64,000 nucleotides of DNA from Monocercomonoides exilis PA203 (taxonomy: Eukaryota; Protista; Preaxostyla). Both the position numbers and the translations under genes were made by a program. Where the stretch lies: the NCBI GenBank assembly GCA_001643675.2, contig LSRY02000034.1, positions 248,001 through 312,000 of the forward strand, given 5' to 3'. Below, piece by piece: positions 29,969 to 42,520 of this stretch (position 1 is its first letter; the number at the start of each line of letters is the position of its first letter). Below the pieces are notes generated by a model. The model searched no databases and had not been told where the DNA came from. It saw only the letters and a list, made by a program, of their open reading frames with translations.

Positions 29969-30974
29969 GCATCTTTTAAATAACAAAACAACAAACATAT
30001 AAAGATAATGCACAAGATAAAAAATGGCGTGCTTTCTTTTTTCGAATTATGAAGGAATTTTTTTTTTAATTTTTATTTTGAAATATTATTTCACATCAAA
30101 GAACAGGAATGAACAATCATAAAATAAGAAAACTTGTATTTTTATTGGTTCTTGAACAATACAATGAAGACAAGTGTGCTAAATTCTTCTGAACATTTTT
30201 TCAACCAATGAAGAATAAAAAGAATGAATTCAGGTCAGAATTTTTTAATTGAAAATTTCGTCACATCCACAATTAATTTATTTATTCGGATTAAAAAGAG
30301 CTTTTTTCAGCAAAAGTGAAGAGAGATATTTTGAAAGCGACAATAAATAATATGTCTTTTTTGTTTTATAAATCTATTTCTCAAATGATTATAAATACAT
30401 TAACAAAAACATTTTTGCTGAATTTTTGTATTTCTTTTTGAAAGTGAAATGATTAGTCAGAAAAGAGAAATACAGAAACACAGTGAAATTGAGAAATTAT
30501 GAGTTGTTGTGACAAGCCATTGAATGAAATCATTTCGAAGAAGAAAGAGAGAAACACGAACAAATGAATAAATATTTCCTTCGATTTTCATAATTATTTC
30601 ATTTTTCTTAAAAAATATTAAAAAAAACCCAGAAAAATTTTTGATTAAAACAGATAAAGATTAAAAAGAAAATTAGAAAAAAGGTTTTAAATTTTCATGA
30701 GCGAATCTTCTTTAAATAGAAAAGAAGCTTTTCCAAAACGTAAAAAATAAAAACATTGAAAGAAAGCCAGCTGCTTAAAGTTCAATCAACTTCAAACAAC
30801 TTCAATAAATCATTAATTTTCAAATAAGAAAAGTTAAATTCTTGCTTTAATCAAAAAATAATGATTGATTTATTTGAAATTTTTAAATAGCGCAAATTCT
30901 CAAATTAACATGAAAAGGGGGTAACAAACATAAAAAAAAGTGTAAAATATAAATATTTAATTCTTTCAACTCAA

Positions 30975-33179
30975 TCAAAGAAGGTTTTGCTTCATTTGTT
31001 CAAGTTGCTTAAAGAATGTTTTCTTTATATTTTCTCTACGAATCTTATGTGTTGGTGTGAGCATCCCGTTTTCAATCGAAAACTCTTCAGGTGTTAGAAG
31101 AATGTACCTTGGAATTTCATATCCTTTCCTTTTCGCTTCTCGAAGAACTGTGTTGATGTGCGACAGAACATATTGATTTGCAGGCTGGAAGGCCTCGCAC
31201 ATAAATATAAACTCTTCATCCTGCTCGCTCGAGGAAGGAGCAGTTGAAGAAGAGGAAGAGGATGAAGATGCACCTTCACTCTTTTTCGCTGCTCTTTCTT
31301 TGCTCCACGACGCCCAGCACTTTTTCCATTCATCTTTGTCTTTCATTCCTTCCTTTTCTGCCCATTGGGCGAGTGCTTTCGCTTGTGGCACAACAATTCC
31401 TATCAGCCCATTCATACACGACTCACCATAAAGCATCACTTGTCCAATGACTGGCGATGAAACCAGCGCTTGCTCAATCTCTTCAATGTAAATGTACTCA
31501 CCCTGCTGAAGCTTGAACACATTTTTCAGTCTGTCAATGATTCGCAACTGGCCTCCAGGCAACCATTCGCCCACATCTCCTGTGTGAAGCCAGCCGTCTC
31601 TCAAAGCGATTGCCGTCTGCTTTTCGTCTTCAAAGTACCCAATAAACACAGAATCTCCTCTGATGCACACTTCGCCCTTTTGCCGCTCACGTGCTGCCTC
31701 TTTACGCGCATCGTGCAACCGATACACTCCGTCTGCTCCGACAAAGCCTTCCTCATCTTCACTCCCTGGAGCACTCTCTTTGTTCATTTCCTTTCTTTTG
31801 TGAAGAACCTTATCAAGCGCAAAATACCCCATTTCTGGAACAGAGCAAAGGCAGCACTCGACTCCTGGCAAAGGAACACCAACAGCACCATACTCCCAAT
31901 CGATCTCTGACTGAGACAGCGATGCGCCACAAGCCTCCGTTTGGCCGTATCCTTGCAGCACCCGACAGCCCATGATCACATCCAAAAACTTTCCCACAGC
32001 CGGAGAAAGCGGAGCTGACCCGCTGAAAGTGATTCGCAGCCGTCCACCGAACTTGGCTTTAATGTTCCGCAAAATCACTTCGGAAAGCGGTCGTGTCCAC
32101 CATCCGTTGTATATTTCTTTCTCCCTCAAAAAGCACGCTCCTTTGAAAAACCATCTCACCACTTTTGGCATCTTCGCGATTTGATCTTGAATTCCTCCAA
32201 GTATTTTCGCCAAAACACGAGGAACAACAGGGAATAACGTTGGTTTTAAATAGAACAAATCTTCTGTCAGTTTTGGGATTGAACCACTGAAGTATCCAAT
32301 CCCAATTCCATCAGTAAGCGAATAGATTTCGATTCCTCTCTCAAAGATATGAGCCAATGGTAGATAGCTCACAACAATGTCCTGCTCTGGAAAGTTAGTG
32401 CAACGTCCAAGAAGTGCCCATCCCCCCTTCAACAAACTGTTATCTCTAAGAATAGCACCCTTTGGTATACCTGCAGTACCAGACGTGAAAACAATTGTTG
32501 AAACATCATCACCCTTGAATTCAGGATTTGCAATATTTTGAAATGGATCTTTGTCAAATATCGATGATCCCATTTGCAGAAGTTCAGTATAAAGATGAGA
32601 AAATCCAACAGCTTTTATATCGTGTGGAGACTCACAAGAACCATTGAGCATATTTCGCACAATTTCATTATCTGGAGGATTTCCATCAAACACAACAATT
32701 CTTTGGACAGTTGGGCACCTTTCAACTGCTTGCTTAACAAAAGAAACATTTTCAGTCGCAGTGAAAACCAATACTTGCTTTGTAACGCTGATAATTTTTT
32801 CACAAATTTCTGGTCCATAAGAATCATAAATAGGCACAGTGACATAACCTTGACTTGAGCATGCAATATCAACAATTGTCCATTCCGGTCTGTTTCTCGA
32901 CATTATTCCAACTGTATCTCCCTTTTTCAATCCAAAACTTTTCAGTGCAAGTGCGATAAAATTCACTTTTTTTAATACTGTATTACCATCTTCCCATTCA
33001 TATTCACCGCGCTTTCCATTGCTGAGATATGCTCTTCTCCCTTGACAAGGAAGATGTCCATTTTTTGCCATGGCTTTCACAAGTGCTTCATATCTCGTGA
33101 GCCCATTGAGCCAATCTGGCAAGAGCTGAGTTGTTCCATGGACTTCACCATATTCTTTAGCTTTATTATCAATTTCCAT
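30975..33179 (-). CDS. ACSL: Long-chain fatty-acyl-CoA synthetase (AMP-binding family)
   Basis: AMP-binding motif TIVFTSGTAGIPKG, plus SYLPLAHIFER, QGYGQTE, GWLHTGDVG, IIDRLKNVFKLQQGEYI and NGMLTPTHKIRR. Likely start is MEIDNK at 33179. Confidence 0.95.
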   Translation of the reverse strand: MEIDNKAKEYGEVHGTTQLLPDWLNGLTRYEALVKAMAKNGHLPCQGRRAYLSNGKRGEYEWEDGNTVLKKVNFIALALKSFGLKKGDTVGIMSRNRPEWTIVDIACSSQGYVTVPIYDSYGPEICEKIISVTKQVLVFTATENVSFVKQAVERCPTVQRIVVFDGNPPDNEIVRNMLNGSCESPHDIKAVGFSHLYTELLQMGSSIFDKDPFQNIANPEFKGDDVSTIVFTSGTAGIPKGAILRDNSLLKGGWALLGRCTNFPEQDIVVSYLPLAHIFERGIEIYSLTDGIGIGYFSGSIPKLTEDLFYLKPTLFPVVPRVLAKILGGIQDQIAKMPKVVRWFFKGACFLREKEIYNGWWTRPLSEVILRNIKAKFGGRLRITFSGSAPLSPAVGKFLDVIMGCRVLQGYGQTEACGASLSQSEIDWEYGAVGVPLPGVECCLCSVPEMGYFALDKVLHKRKEMNKESAPGSEDEEGFVGADGVYRLHDARKEAARERQKGEVCIRGDSVFIGYFEDEKQTAIALRDGWLHTGDVGEWLPGGQLRIIDRLKNVFKLQQGEYIYIEEIEQALVSSPVIGQVMLYGESCMNGLIGIVVPQAKALAQWAEKEGMKDKDEWKKCWASWSKERAAKKSEGASSSSSSSSTAPSSSEQDEEFIFMCEAFQPANQYVLSHINTVLREAKRKGYEIPRYILLTPEEFSIENGMLTPTHKIRRENIKKTFFKQLEQMKQNLL

Positions 33180-33470
33180 CGAAAAATCAAAAGAAAAAGA
33201 AACTGAATTCCGTTTCGATAGAAACAAAGGGTGCTCAATATTTAAATTTTTTCAAATGATTACAAATTCGTTAGTTATAAAAGCTTGAATCAAAATGAAC
33301 AAAAATCACAAATTGCGATTTCCACTGCTTGCTTTAATGCTTGTGAAAAACTTTTGAAATGTTATTTTTTCTTTTGCGATAAATTTTAAAAAATGAAAAA
33401 AAAAATAAAATGAATAAAAATAAATAAATTTATATCTGTGTATTAGTAAACTGTAATTTTCAATTATAAT

Positions 33471-35958
33471 ATGCATGAGTACGAATTTGAGTCTTGCATC
33501 ATTGAGCTTGAAGAAGCAGCAAGGGCAATTGATTCAGATTTTTCGACAATAAAAACACCCGAAGAGAATTACACACCCTCGGAGATGGAAAAGCGGAGCT
33601 TGCGTTTTTGCGCGAATAAAGAACTGCAACTGTCAGCACAGATCCCTGCCTATCAGCCATTGCATCACGTTTCAAACGGTGTGTTGGATATGGAAAACGT
33701 GGAACCATTTGTCACAGAAGGCACAGGGATTAGAAGCAGGTACGGAGGCATGAGGAACGGATTGATTGATGTAAATGGAAGCAGCAGAGGTGCAGAATCC
33801 TATATTCAGCAGCCTATATTCCCTCGTGGGCCAAGATCGACTGCTGGATACTACGAACCAGAGCGTTATTCATCTTCTGTTGCACAAGGAAGTTCAACTT
33901 CGTTTCAACCATATGGCACTGACCGCTATTCTCAACAGCCATATGCTTCAGGGCAAGCATCAAGCCAAATGCTCAATTCAGCTGCGTTTCGACCAAATCA
34001 TCCACTTCCTCTTCTTCCTCCACCACCTCCTCCACCTCCTCCTTCTTTGCCGCCTCCACCGCCTCAACACATATATTCTGACAATCAGAGGCTCATCTAT
34101 CCAGGCATTGCTCAAAGACCTGCGAGCGGGCCATTCAGCAGGGTTGGAATACTTCAGAAGAGAATGGCGCTGGAACAGCCGCAGGACAGAGGATCCGGAA
34201 TTCGAGCAGCTGGAGACTGGGAGCAAGAGAAGCAGATGAGGGAGATGGGATACAATGTCGCTGCTCAAAGTGGAAGGACAGTGCTGCCTCAGCCACAGCC
34301 TCCACCACAACAGCAACAAAGGGCATATTTTGAGGATGATCTGGCAGATCTGGCACGTGAGTACAATGAGAGAGTGGAGAGGATTCAACAGCAGCCCCAT
34401 CCTCAGATACTGCCTCAGATGCAGCCTCAGACACAACCTCAGATTCAGCCCCAGCCTCAGCCTCGTCTCCAGTGGAGGCAGCCTGTTCAGTATTCACAGC
34501 GTGCTCAATCTTCGATGAATACACAATATCAGCAGCCTAATCAGCAGCAACTGTTTCGTCCGCAGCAGCAAATGCAAATGCAGATGCAAATGAAGCCACA
34601 GTCGCATTCATTGTCAGCATTGCGCAGGCAGAAAATAGCGGGATCTCCAGCTGTTCCACAAGCAGATGAGGGAAAAGCCCCGATGCAGACAACACAAGAA
34701 ACGAACACAGAAGCAGCATCAAACACTTTGCCAATCAATCAGCAAGAGACAGAAAAGAGAGTTGAAGGTGCTGAATGTACAGGAGGAGAAGATGGAAAAA
34801 CTGAAACATCTGTCACAACACCGTCTTCTGCTTCTGCTTTGAGTGACCAGATTCCACAGCAACAACCTCAACAGCAGAAGCCGCAACAACAACAACAACT
34901 CCATTCAAAAGTGAAGATGGCCAGTTCAGTTGGAGGAGGAGGAGGAAGCAGTTCTGGAGTTGGATCGATGGGGATGTGGTGCCCGAAAGGAGCATCGTGC
35001 GAGAGGACAGGATGTGAGCTCCAGCATCCACCTGCACCGTGCCGGTTCTGGCCGAACTGCACTCGGTGGGACTGCCCGTTCAGCCATGGGCATCCATGCA
35101 GAGAGGATATGCACTGCACAAAGCCAATGTGCGCTTTCTCGCACTATCCATCGTTTGCAGCACGGCCGCTGTGCATGTTTGGGATGTGGTGCACGAACCC
35201 TATTTGCGCATACCGCCATCCACCACAACGCAAACGTTTGCATCTGATTATTATTGAAAAAAAGCTTCATATTTGATTCATCTTTAAATATTTTTTTCCT
35301 CATTGTTATTTCTTTTCACAATTCAATTTCCTGATGTATTTATTGTCAATCTTAAATGTTATTTTTATGGATTAATTTTCTTTCCTTTCAAGTTGGAGTT
35401 GGTCTTCAGCCATTGGCCAAAACACAGCCTCAACAATTGCAGCAGCAGATTCAGCCGCAGCCAAAAAGTCTTCAAGAAAAGGCAACTTTTTCTTCCAGTT
35501 CTGATGCACCAACACAGAATGAGACAGTCACAGAAAAGAAAGAGAATACACCAGAGGAAGAAATAAAGCAGAGTGCCTCAGAAATTGAAACAGAGAATGA
35601 TTCAAAGAATACAGCTGGAGAAGTAGCGAAAACAGCAGATACTCAAGGAGGAAGCGAAGAAGATTCGAAAAAGGAGGAAAAGGAGGAAGAGAACGTTCTG
35701 AAAGAAGAGCAGAAAGACATAGAGGTGCAGTCTTTTGACATGAGCGAAACAACAAAGGAAATAACAACTGAGTCAGAAGAATCAAAGAAGGATCCAGAAG
35801 AAGCAGCAGAAGAGAAGAAGGAAACCATTACAGAAGAACACGAAGCGAAAGATGAGCAAACTGTGACTCAAGAAGTGGGAGATGCTTCCACGAATGATTC
35901 AGAAAATTGGGAAAAAGAGAAAAAAGAAGAAACGAGTGAGAAGGATTCAGGAGAGTGA
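33471..35958 (+). CDS. P/Q-rich protein with four tandem CX5CX4CX3H zinc fingers (Nab2/ZC3H14-type poly(A) RNA-binding fingers)
   Basis: Fingers: CPKGASCERTGCELQH, CRFWPNCTRWDCPFSH, CREDMHCTKPMCAFSH, CMFGMWCTNPICAYRH. A phase-compatible GT-AG intron at 35236-35392 joins an acidic C-terminal exon. Confidence 0.8.
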
Positions 35959-36835
35959 AAGATGACTTTCCAACAAAAAATCACTAAATAATAACTTTGC
36001 ATTTGCTTTTCGGCAAAGCACTTTTTGATTCTGTTTTTTAAAGAGTTTCGAAGAAGCAGGCCATGAAAAATGTCTCCAACAATAACTGCTTGTTATTTGC
36101 TCCTGAACAGTTTTGTTGTTTGATGCTTTCCAAAGGCAGCAGATTGTTCTGATTGCTTGACTTCGTTTGGAGGCTTCGCCTTTTTTATTCACTTTTCATT
36201 TGGTCTTCTGCTTTTCAGCAGAAGAGTGTTTTTCTTCTGGGAATGGAGAAGGAACCATTTTTGTATTTTTGAAGATTCTCTTTGATTCTATTGGATTTGC
36301 GTCATGAATTACTTTTTTATTTTCGTTTCACACAAAATTGTTCAAAAAGATTATTTATTCAGATTTATCAAAAAACAAGAATTCTCAAACTTTTGCAAGA
36401 TTTTGATTGAATTTGTTTTAATCATGACAAAAATACCTTCTGTACAGTTGTCATTTCTTTTCAAAGAATTGAATGTTTTCATTTTGAACATACACGGGAG
36501 TTCATGGAAGGACCAATTACATAAATTGATGAAGAGTTTAGAAGGAGTTTTTTCATTCCTGATTACCCATTATATATTTTCTGTTATATTCAAGTTTTCA
36601 TTAAAACTGTTTTTTCTCTAAAGTAAAGGTTTGGTTTGATGAGTGTCGATAAAATTATTTTTAAAACACAAATGGGAAATGAAATAAAGGATGAAATTAA
36701 ACCAACATGTCACATTGAATTTTTATTTTGAGATATTTTTTATTTCTTTTTTTAGTTTTTCATGACGAATTTTCCTCCGTTTTTTCTTTCTCTATTATTT
36801 TAATGCAACTGCGTTGTTTTGTTCGCGATGCAGGA

Positions 36836-39800
36836 ATGTCAAGTCGCATCCACCGATTGGATCAGACTACATACAACAAGATAGCTGCTGGGGAAATTAT
36901 CCACCGCCCAGCAAACGCACTGAAGGAGATGATCGAAAACTCGCTGGATGCAGGGGCCACGGCTGTGAAGGTGACGCTGAAGGATGGGGGCGTGAAGATG
37001 CTTCAGATCGAAGACAATGGCAGCGGAATCCATCCAGATGACTTCGAGCTGGTGTGCGAGCGGTTTGCCACAAGCAAGATAGCGCGATTTGAGGACCTAG
37101 CAGGGCTCCAGACCTTTGGATTCCGAGGTGAAGCGCTGGCGTCAATTTCGTATGTGGCGAAGCTGACAATCTCATCGCTGGCAAAGGGCGAGCGAGTGTG
37201 CTACCGGGCATCGTATGTGGACGGGAAGATTGCAGACAACCCAGCAAGGCCACGGCCATGCCCTGGGGTGCAAGGGACGACGATACAAGTGGAGGATCTG
37301 TTCTACAACTTTGTGTCTCGGCGACGCTCGCTGGGGACAGCCGCCGAAGAGCTGGCGCGGTGCACAGAGGTTGTGTCGCATTACGCCATCCACTATCCGT
37401 CGGTGTCATTCACACTGAGGAAGCAAGGCGAGGCGATTCCGATTGTGGCCACGCAAGCACGACACGTGCAGGCTCCGCTTCAGCATGCAGAGCCGAGCGA
37501 GCAAAACGAACAGAGCGATCAGAAGGAGCAGAATGAGCAGAGGGAGAGGCAGCAGAAGTCCGATCTGAGCATCTTCCCCATCCGGTCTGTGTATGGAATG
37601 GGTGTTGCGCGGGAGCTGGTGGCGGTGCATGGGGGGCTGGATGTGCCTGTGCGGGTGTGCATCGACGGGTATGTGTCGCAGCCGTCGTATCGCGGGCGCC
37701 GGCCGCTGTTTGTGTTTTTTGTGAACCACCGGCTGGTGGAGTGTGTGCCGCTGAAGAAGGCGCTGGACGAGCTGTACCGGCACGTGTTTCTGGTGCCGAA
37801 GAACAGCCACCCGTTTGTGTATCTTTCGCTGCTGTTCTGCGAGGCAGGGGCAGTCGACCACAACGTGCACCCGGCAAAGAGCGAGGTGCGATTTCTGGGA
37901 GAGGCAGAGGTGGTGCAGGAGACGCGACGCGCGGTGTCTGTGGCGCTGCGGCAGACAGAGAAGGGGAAGACGTTCTTTGGGCGGGTGAAGGCGGATGGTG
38001 CTGAAAGAGAGGGCGCAGCTGAGGCAGAGAACGAGGCAGAGGCAAGGCGCGGTGAAGGAGGAGACGAGGAACTGAATGGGAGAAGGAGCGAAAGCAAAGA
38101 CAGTTTTGTGGAAAGACGGAGGGAGGCAGAAGTCAGAGAGACACAATACACTTTGGATTCGTCTTGGCGGCTGCAGAAGGAAGGAGAAGGAGAAGGAGAA
38201 GGTGGAAGAGTGGAAACGGAAGCGGAAGAAGGAAAAATCGAATTTTTATCGCAAAATGCAGGGAAAAGAAGGCTGACACTTCCATCTTCAGGATCATATG
38301 CAGTGTCGTCTTCTTCGTTTGCTCCGAAAACTCCGCCTGTTTCGCCCACATCTCCTGCTCCACCGACTTTGTCGCCTTCGATGCTTTCTCCTGCTTCGCA
38401 CAGAACGCATCTTCTGCCTTCAGCCACATCAACGCCAACAGCCATCCATTCGACACAGCTGACAGAAACGGCGACTCCGCAGATTGGCTCGCCACACAGC
38501 AGATCGCTCTCTCCATCGTCTGCATATTCGCCCTATCGTCCCTTCGCATCTCCAGCAGCAGCTTCTCGTTCTTCTTCCACACAAAAGCTGGCGCCTTCGA
38601 TGACAGTGCGGGAAGATCCGTCGCAGCATCACATGTCGCTCACCTCATTCTTCCCTCCGCTAGCAACACACACCCCGCCGCTGCCTTCATCTGCAGCTGG
38701 GCCAGTTCTGTCTCCGCCTCGTCAGTCTGCAAAGAGCGAAGAAGACTCTCAGCGAGAGAGAAAAGCATTTGGAAGTGCACAACAAGGAAGGTCTCCTTCA
38801 GCACCAACAGCAGCAGAATCATACACAGCAGGTGTGACTGAATGTGCGTCAGGAGATGCTGAGTCTGCAATAGCCACATCGTCATATGGTCACATGTCTG
38901 CACTCGAGGCAGACGCGTTTCTTTTGGCCTCGCAGACATTTGGCGGGTCTTCAGACGCGTCTCTGGGCGAAGAAGGCAACTCGTCGCTGTCTCTTCTGTG
39001 GTGCCTGCGGCGCGGAGTGTTTGTGGGGTTTGTGGACTGTGTGTTTGGGCTGATGCAGAGCGGAACAGGGCTGTATCTTGTGAACCTGCGTGTGCTGGGG
39101 CAGGAGATGCTGTTCCAGTCGCTCATTCAGAATCCTTTGGTGTGGATGGAGGAGCGAAAGCGGAGAGAGCAAGGCAAAATGGCAGATGGAGGAGAAGGCA
39201 CTTTGGAGAAGGAGAAAATAGACGAGAAAGAAAGAGAGCGCTCGAACAGCGGCGGGTTTCGCCTGTCTCTGCTCCAGCTGTCACCTGCGGTGGATGTGAA
39301 GGCTGTTCTGGAAATGGGATTTGAGGTGCTGGAGACAAGCGCTGCTGGGCGGATGCTGCTGCAGATGGACGAAGAGGAAGACAGAGGCAATGCGAGCACA
39401 AATGAAAGCGAAAGGAAAGAAGAAGAGAAGAACGAAGAGGTTGCAGAAGGAGAATTACCTGGCTCCGAAGGCAGACGGAAGGAAGAAGGGAAAGGCAGAG
39501 TGATGGAAGAGGAAGAAGTGAGGATGATCTGCGAGGCAGCAGCGGATTTGCTGTGGAAGCACCGGAGGTTTCTGGAGCGGTGCTTTGGGATGAGGATAAG
39601 AAGACAGAGTGCAACTGCTGACAGAAGAACGAAGAAAGAAATGGACAGAGCAGACAAAGGCGAAGAATGCTCATCCAGTTGCGAGTCTTCTTTGCATTCC
39701 TCTTCGTCGACTCAACCACGCTCGAATCGGATTCTTCTGCACACACTTCCTCAGATGGCTCCTCGGTTTGTGCCAGACCTGTCTCTGCTCCCTCTTATTC

Positions 39801-40441
39801 TGCTTCGTCTTGCCACAGAAATTGATTGGGATGCGGTTGACAGGCTCGGCACAGACAGAAGCGAACACTCGCAGAAGGTCAAATGCAAAGGAGAGGGAGG
39901 CAGCTGTGAAGGCAACGAGAAGGAGATGGAGGAACAAGGAAATGATAAACAGAAAGAATACAAAGACGAAATTGAAGAAGAAGAAGAAGAGGAAGATGAT
40001 GATGATGATGAAGAAGAAGAAGAAAAGGAGAAGAGAATTTCAAATGAGATAAATTCGAATGACCAGACAAGTGGCAAAGATAAGAAGGAGGAGGATTATG
40101 GAGAAAAGGTGGAATTGCTTGGGACAGTTGTGCAGACGATCGCAGGCCATCTTTCAGGGCTGTTCTTCATTCCGTGCGATACACAGGCAGCACAAGCTGC
40201 AATCCAAACAGCTTCTCCGACTGAAGTGAAAGATGAAGCAATGAATGGGAATAAGAACAGAGGTGCTGAAGAAGTGCGCGAGTCGCGGGTTCCGCCACAC
40301 TGGTTCCGTCGGCAGATGTCCGAGTCGTTTGTGCCATATCTCTTTCGACATCTTATTCCTCCAATGCGTTTTGAGACAGACGGCACAGTTGTGAAACTAG
40401 CTGATCTGAACACTTTCTACAAGGTGTTTGAAAGGTGCTGA
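36836..40441 (+). CDS. MLH1: DNA mismatch repair protein MLH1 (MutL family)
   Basis: IAAGEIIHRPANALKEMIENSLDAGAT, DNGSGI, ERFATSK, TFGFRGEALASIS, NVHPAKSEV and the diagnostic C-terminal FYKVFERC. Confidence 0.97.
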   Translation: MSSRIHRLDQTTYNKIAAGEIIHRPANALKEMIENSLDAGATAVKVTLKDGGVKMLQIEDNGSGIHPDDFELVCERFATSKIARFEDLAGLQTFGFRGEALASISYVAKLTISSLAKGERVCYRASYVDGKIADNPARPRPCPGVQGTTIQVEDLFYNFVSRRRSLGTAAEELARCTEVVSHYAIHYPSVSFTLRKQGEAIPIVATQARHVQAPLQHAEPSEQNEQSDQKEQNEQRERQQKSDLSIFPIRSVYGMGVARELVAVHGGLDVPVRVCIDGYVSQPSYRGRRPLFVFFVNHRLVECVPLKKALDELYRHVFLVPKNSHPFVYLSLLFCEAGAVDHNVHPAKSEVRFLGEAEVVQETRRAVSVALRQTEKGKTFFGRVKADGAEREGAAEAENEAEARRGEGGDEELNGRRSESKDSFVERRREAEVRETQYTLDSSWRLQKEGEGEGEGGRVETEAEEGKIEFLSQNAGKRRLTLPSSGSYAVSSSSFAPKTPPVSPTSPAPPTLSPSMLSPASHRTHLLPSATSTPTAIHSTQLTETATPQIGSPHSRSLSPSSAYSPYRPFASPAAASRSSSTQKLAPSMTVREDPSQHHMSLTSFFPPLATHTPPLPSSAAGPVLSPPRQSAKSEEDSQRERKAFGSAQQGRSPSAPTAAESYTAGVTECASGDAESAIATSSYGHMSALEADAFLLASQTFGGSSDASLGEEGNSSLSLLWCLRRGVFVGFVDCVFGLMQSGTGLYLVNLRVLGQEMLFQSLIQNPLVWMEERKRREQGKMADGGEGTLEKEKIDEKERERSNSGGFRLSLLQLSPAVDVKAVLEMGFEVLETSAAGRMLLQMDEEEDRGNASTNESERKEEEKNEEVAEGELPGSEGRRKEEGKGRVMEEEEVRMICEAAADLLWKHRRFLERCFGMRIRRQSATADRRTKKEMDRADKGEECSSSCESSLHSSSSTQPRSNRILLHTLPQMAPRFVPDLSLLPLILLRLATEIDWDAVDRLGTDRSEHSQKVKCKGEGGSCEGNEKEMEEQGNDKQKEYKDEIEEEEEEEDDDDDEEEEEKEKRISNEINSNDQTSGKDKKEEDYGEKVELLGTVVQTIAGHLSGLFFIPCDTQAAQAAIQTASPTEVKDEAMNGNKNRGAEEVRESRVPPHWFRRQMSESFVPYLFRHLIPPMRFETDGTVVKLADLNTFYKVFERC

Positions 40442-41267
40442 AAAGCTGAATGCGAATCCTTTTATTGCAACTCCAAATACATATTTCTGTTCCAATTTTT
40501 GATTCGGTTGTTGATCTCGAAGGCTCATGATATTGTCAGTCTCACAGAAATACTATGCAATTGGTTTATATTATATGAAGGGTTATTCTGTTGAGCAGGT
40601 TAATTCGATGGATCCTGGATGCTATTCAACAGACATTCGTGCCTTATCTTATTTATATTTTCATTTTGCGATGCGATGGTTGTATATGCAACAATTTGGA
40701 AAAGTGAACCACTTTCGATGCATATTCTGCACATGAAACATCAATTTCTGTATGATTTATTGAGGATGAGCAAAGAAGGATAAATGCTCCAAAAGAAATG
40801 CGATTTGAAACAATTTCTGGATCATATTTTTGGAAAGCAAATGAATTGAATAGGTTAACGATATTGAAGCACAATTAATATGAAAGCATGCGAATTTAGA
40901 TGAATGAAAAAAGAAATTTGTTGCAGTGTCATGAGAATTTCAAGAGGTTTATTTTTGATTTCTTTTGAATATTAAAGCATTTCTGTCTTTATTCACTTTG
41001 TCGGTTTTGAATTTTTATTCTCGCCCTTCCAGGAGGTGCGGTATATCATACAAAAATACGAAAAATATTCAGAAACGAAACAAGCAAACTCAAACACGTA
41101 GGTAATCTCAAAATCAAATGACCAACAGAAATCAAGGAAAATGAAATAATAAGAATGAAATAATCATTAAATAACCAAATGAAAGGCTTCAAATTACTTG
41201 GCGAAAATCTGCTCAATTGGTTTTTTGTGAAAGCAGCACGAACAATGATCACTGCTCCAAGAACAAA

Positions 41268-42520
41268 TCAGCCCCACTGAGTGTCTGCGATGAGCGACGC
41301 ACAGACAATTTTTGTGTCTTCAGCGTAATCGATTGCATCTGACACAGTTACCATCGTGGCACCAGATGGGAAGTGCTGGAAAAACTCGCGCTTCATCCCA
41401 AACAGCGACGGGCGGTCGTCTTTGTTCTGCGCCACTGCCGATCTCACCAGGCGGCTGTATGTTGTCCCTTCAATTTCAGACAGATCTGGCCTCTCTCCAT
41501 TCACAATCTTCTGCCCCGCCACCTCTGCCTCATACTCCCCAAACGGGATTTGAAGGGTCAGGCACTCCCACAACATCATCCCAATCGAGAACGAGACTGA
41601 CTCCTTCGTCGCATGTTTCTTTGTTCCATTCATCAGTTCAGGCGCCTTCCATCTCAGGCACTCCTTCCTGTTGTCTTCCTCATCCTCAAATGCCGATGAG
41701 GGCAGAGAGTCTCTGCCATCATCATCATCACTTGTTGATGTGACAACAGTTGACGAAGAGATGGAGGATGAATCAGAATCTGAAGAAGAGCAGTCAGAGT
41801 GGAGGGCAACGCAAATCACCATATGCTCTGAGAACAACACAATATGCGGACTCAGACGAACCAGTGATTGGAGTGGGTTGTCCATTTCATCAAATGAATG
41901 AAATGCAAGATTGGCCACCCAGAACAGGATCTGAGCAGCCGTCACCTCCCTCTCCTGGAGAGTTCCGATTGCCATCTCTTTCTTCTCATTCTTTCCATGA
42001 AGAAGCATGAATAAAGAATCCCTTAAATCGACAATCAGTTTTTCATGTGGCGAAGAACATGCCATGACATCTACCAGATTTGACATAGAAGAAGTAGTTG
42101 GACACAAATCTTCCATTCGAACAAAGGTAGTTTCTGTGTCCGAAGAGTCAGTGCTTTGAGAAGATGGAGAGGAAGATCGTTTTTGTAATTCAATATCATC
42201 TTCTTCCTTTTCATCTTCCTTTTCAAGTACCCATTCAGGGATTTTGTCTGAATCATGACCCAATATGTATTCTGTTGATCCACTCTCCGCCAGCAAATAT
42301 TCAGATGATTCGGAATGCCACAAGCTTTTCTCATACACCCTCTTCTTGATTCTCTCATCGTTCTTATTCTCTGCCTCTCTCTCAGCTCTCCTCCACTGCT
42401 CCTCTGGTGACATTTCCATTGTCACCATCTCAAACGCCTTTGGATCCTTCTTCACTGTGTCTTCCACAATCACTTCCAATTCTTCCGTTATTCTCTTTTG
42501 CTTTCTCCATCTGACAATAG
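41268..42520 (-). CDS. Kinase-like (TKL C-lobe) protein fragment of an expanded family, probably 5'-truncated and catalytically dead
   Basis: LRWKAPELM...SFSIGMMLWECLTLQIPF...GERPDL...RPS. There is no G-loop, HRD or DFG. It begins at a basic juxtamembrane-like stretch (IVRWRKQKR) with no visible ectodomain upstream. Confidence 0.65.

Noticed and set aside
33471-35276. Non-canonical genetic code (TAA/TAG = Gln, as in some oxymonads)
   Set aside because: Long Gln-rich frames are open under the standard code, and genes end at TAA, TAG and TGA.
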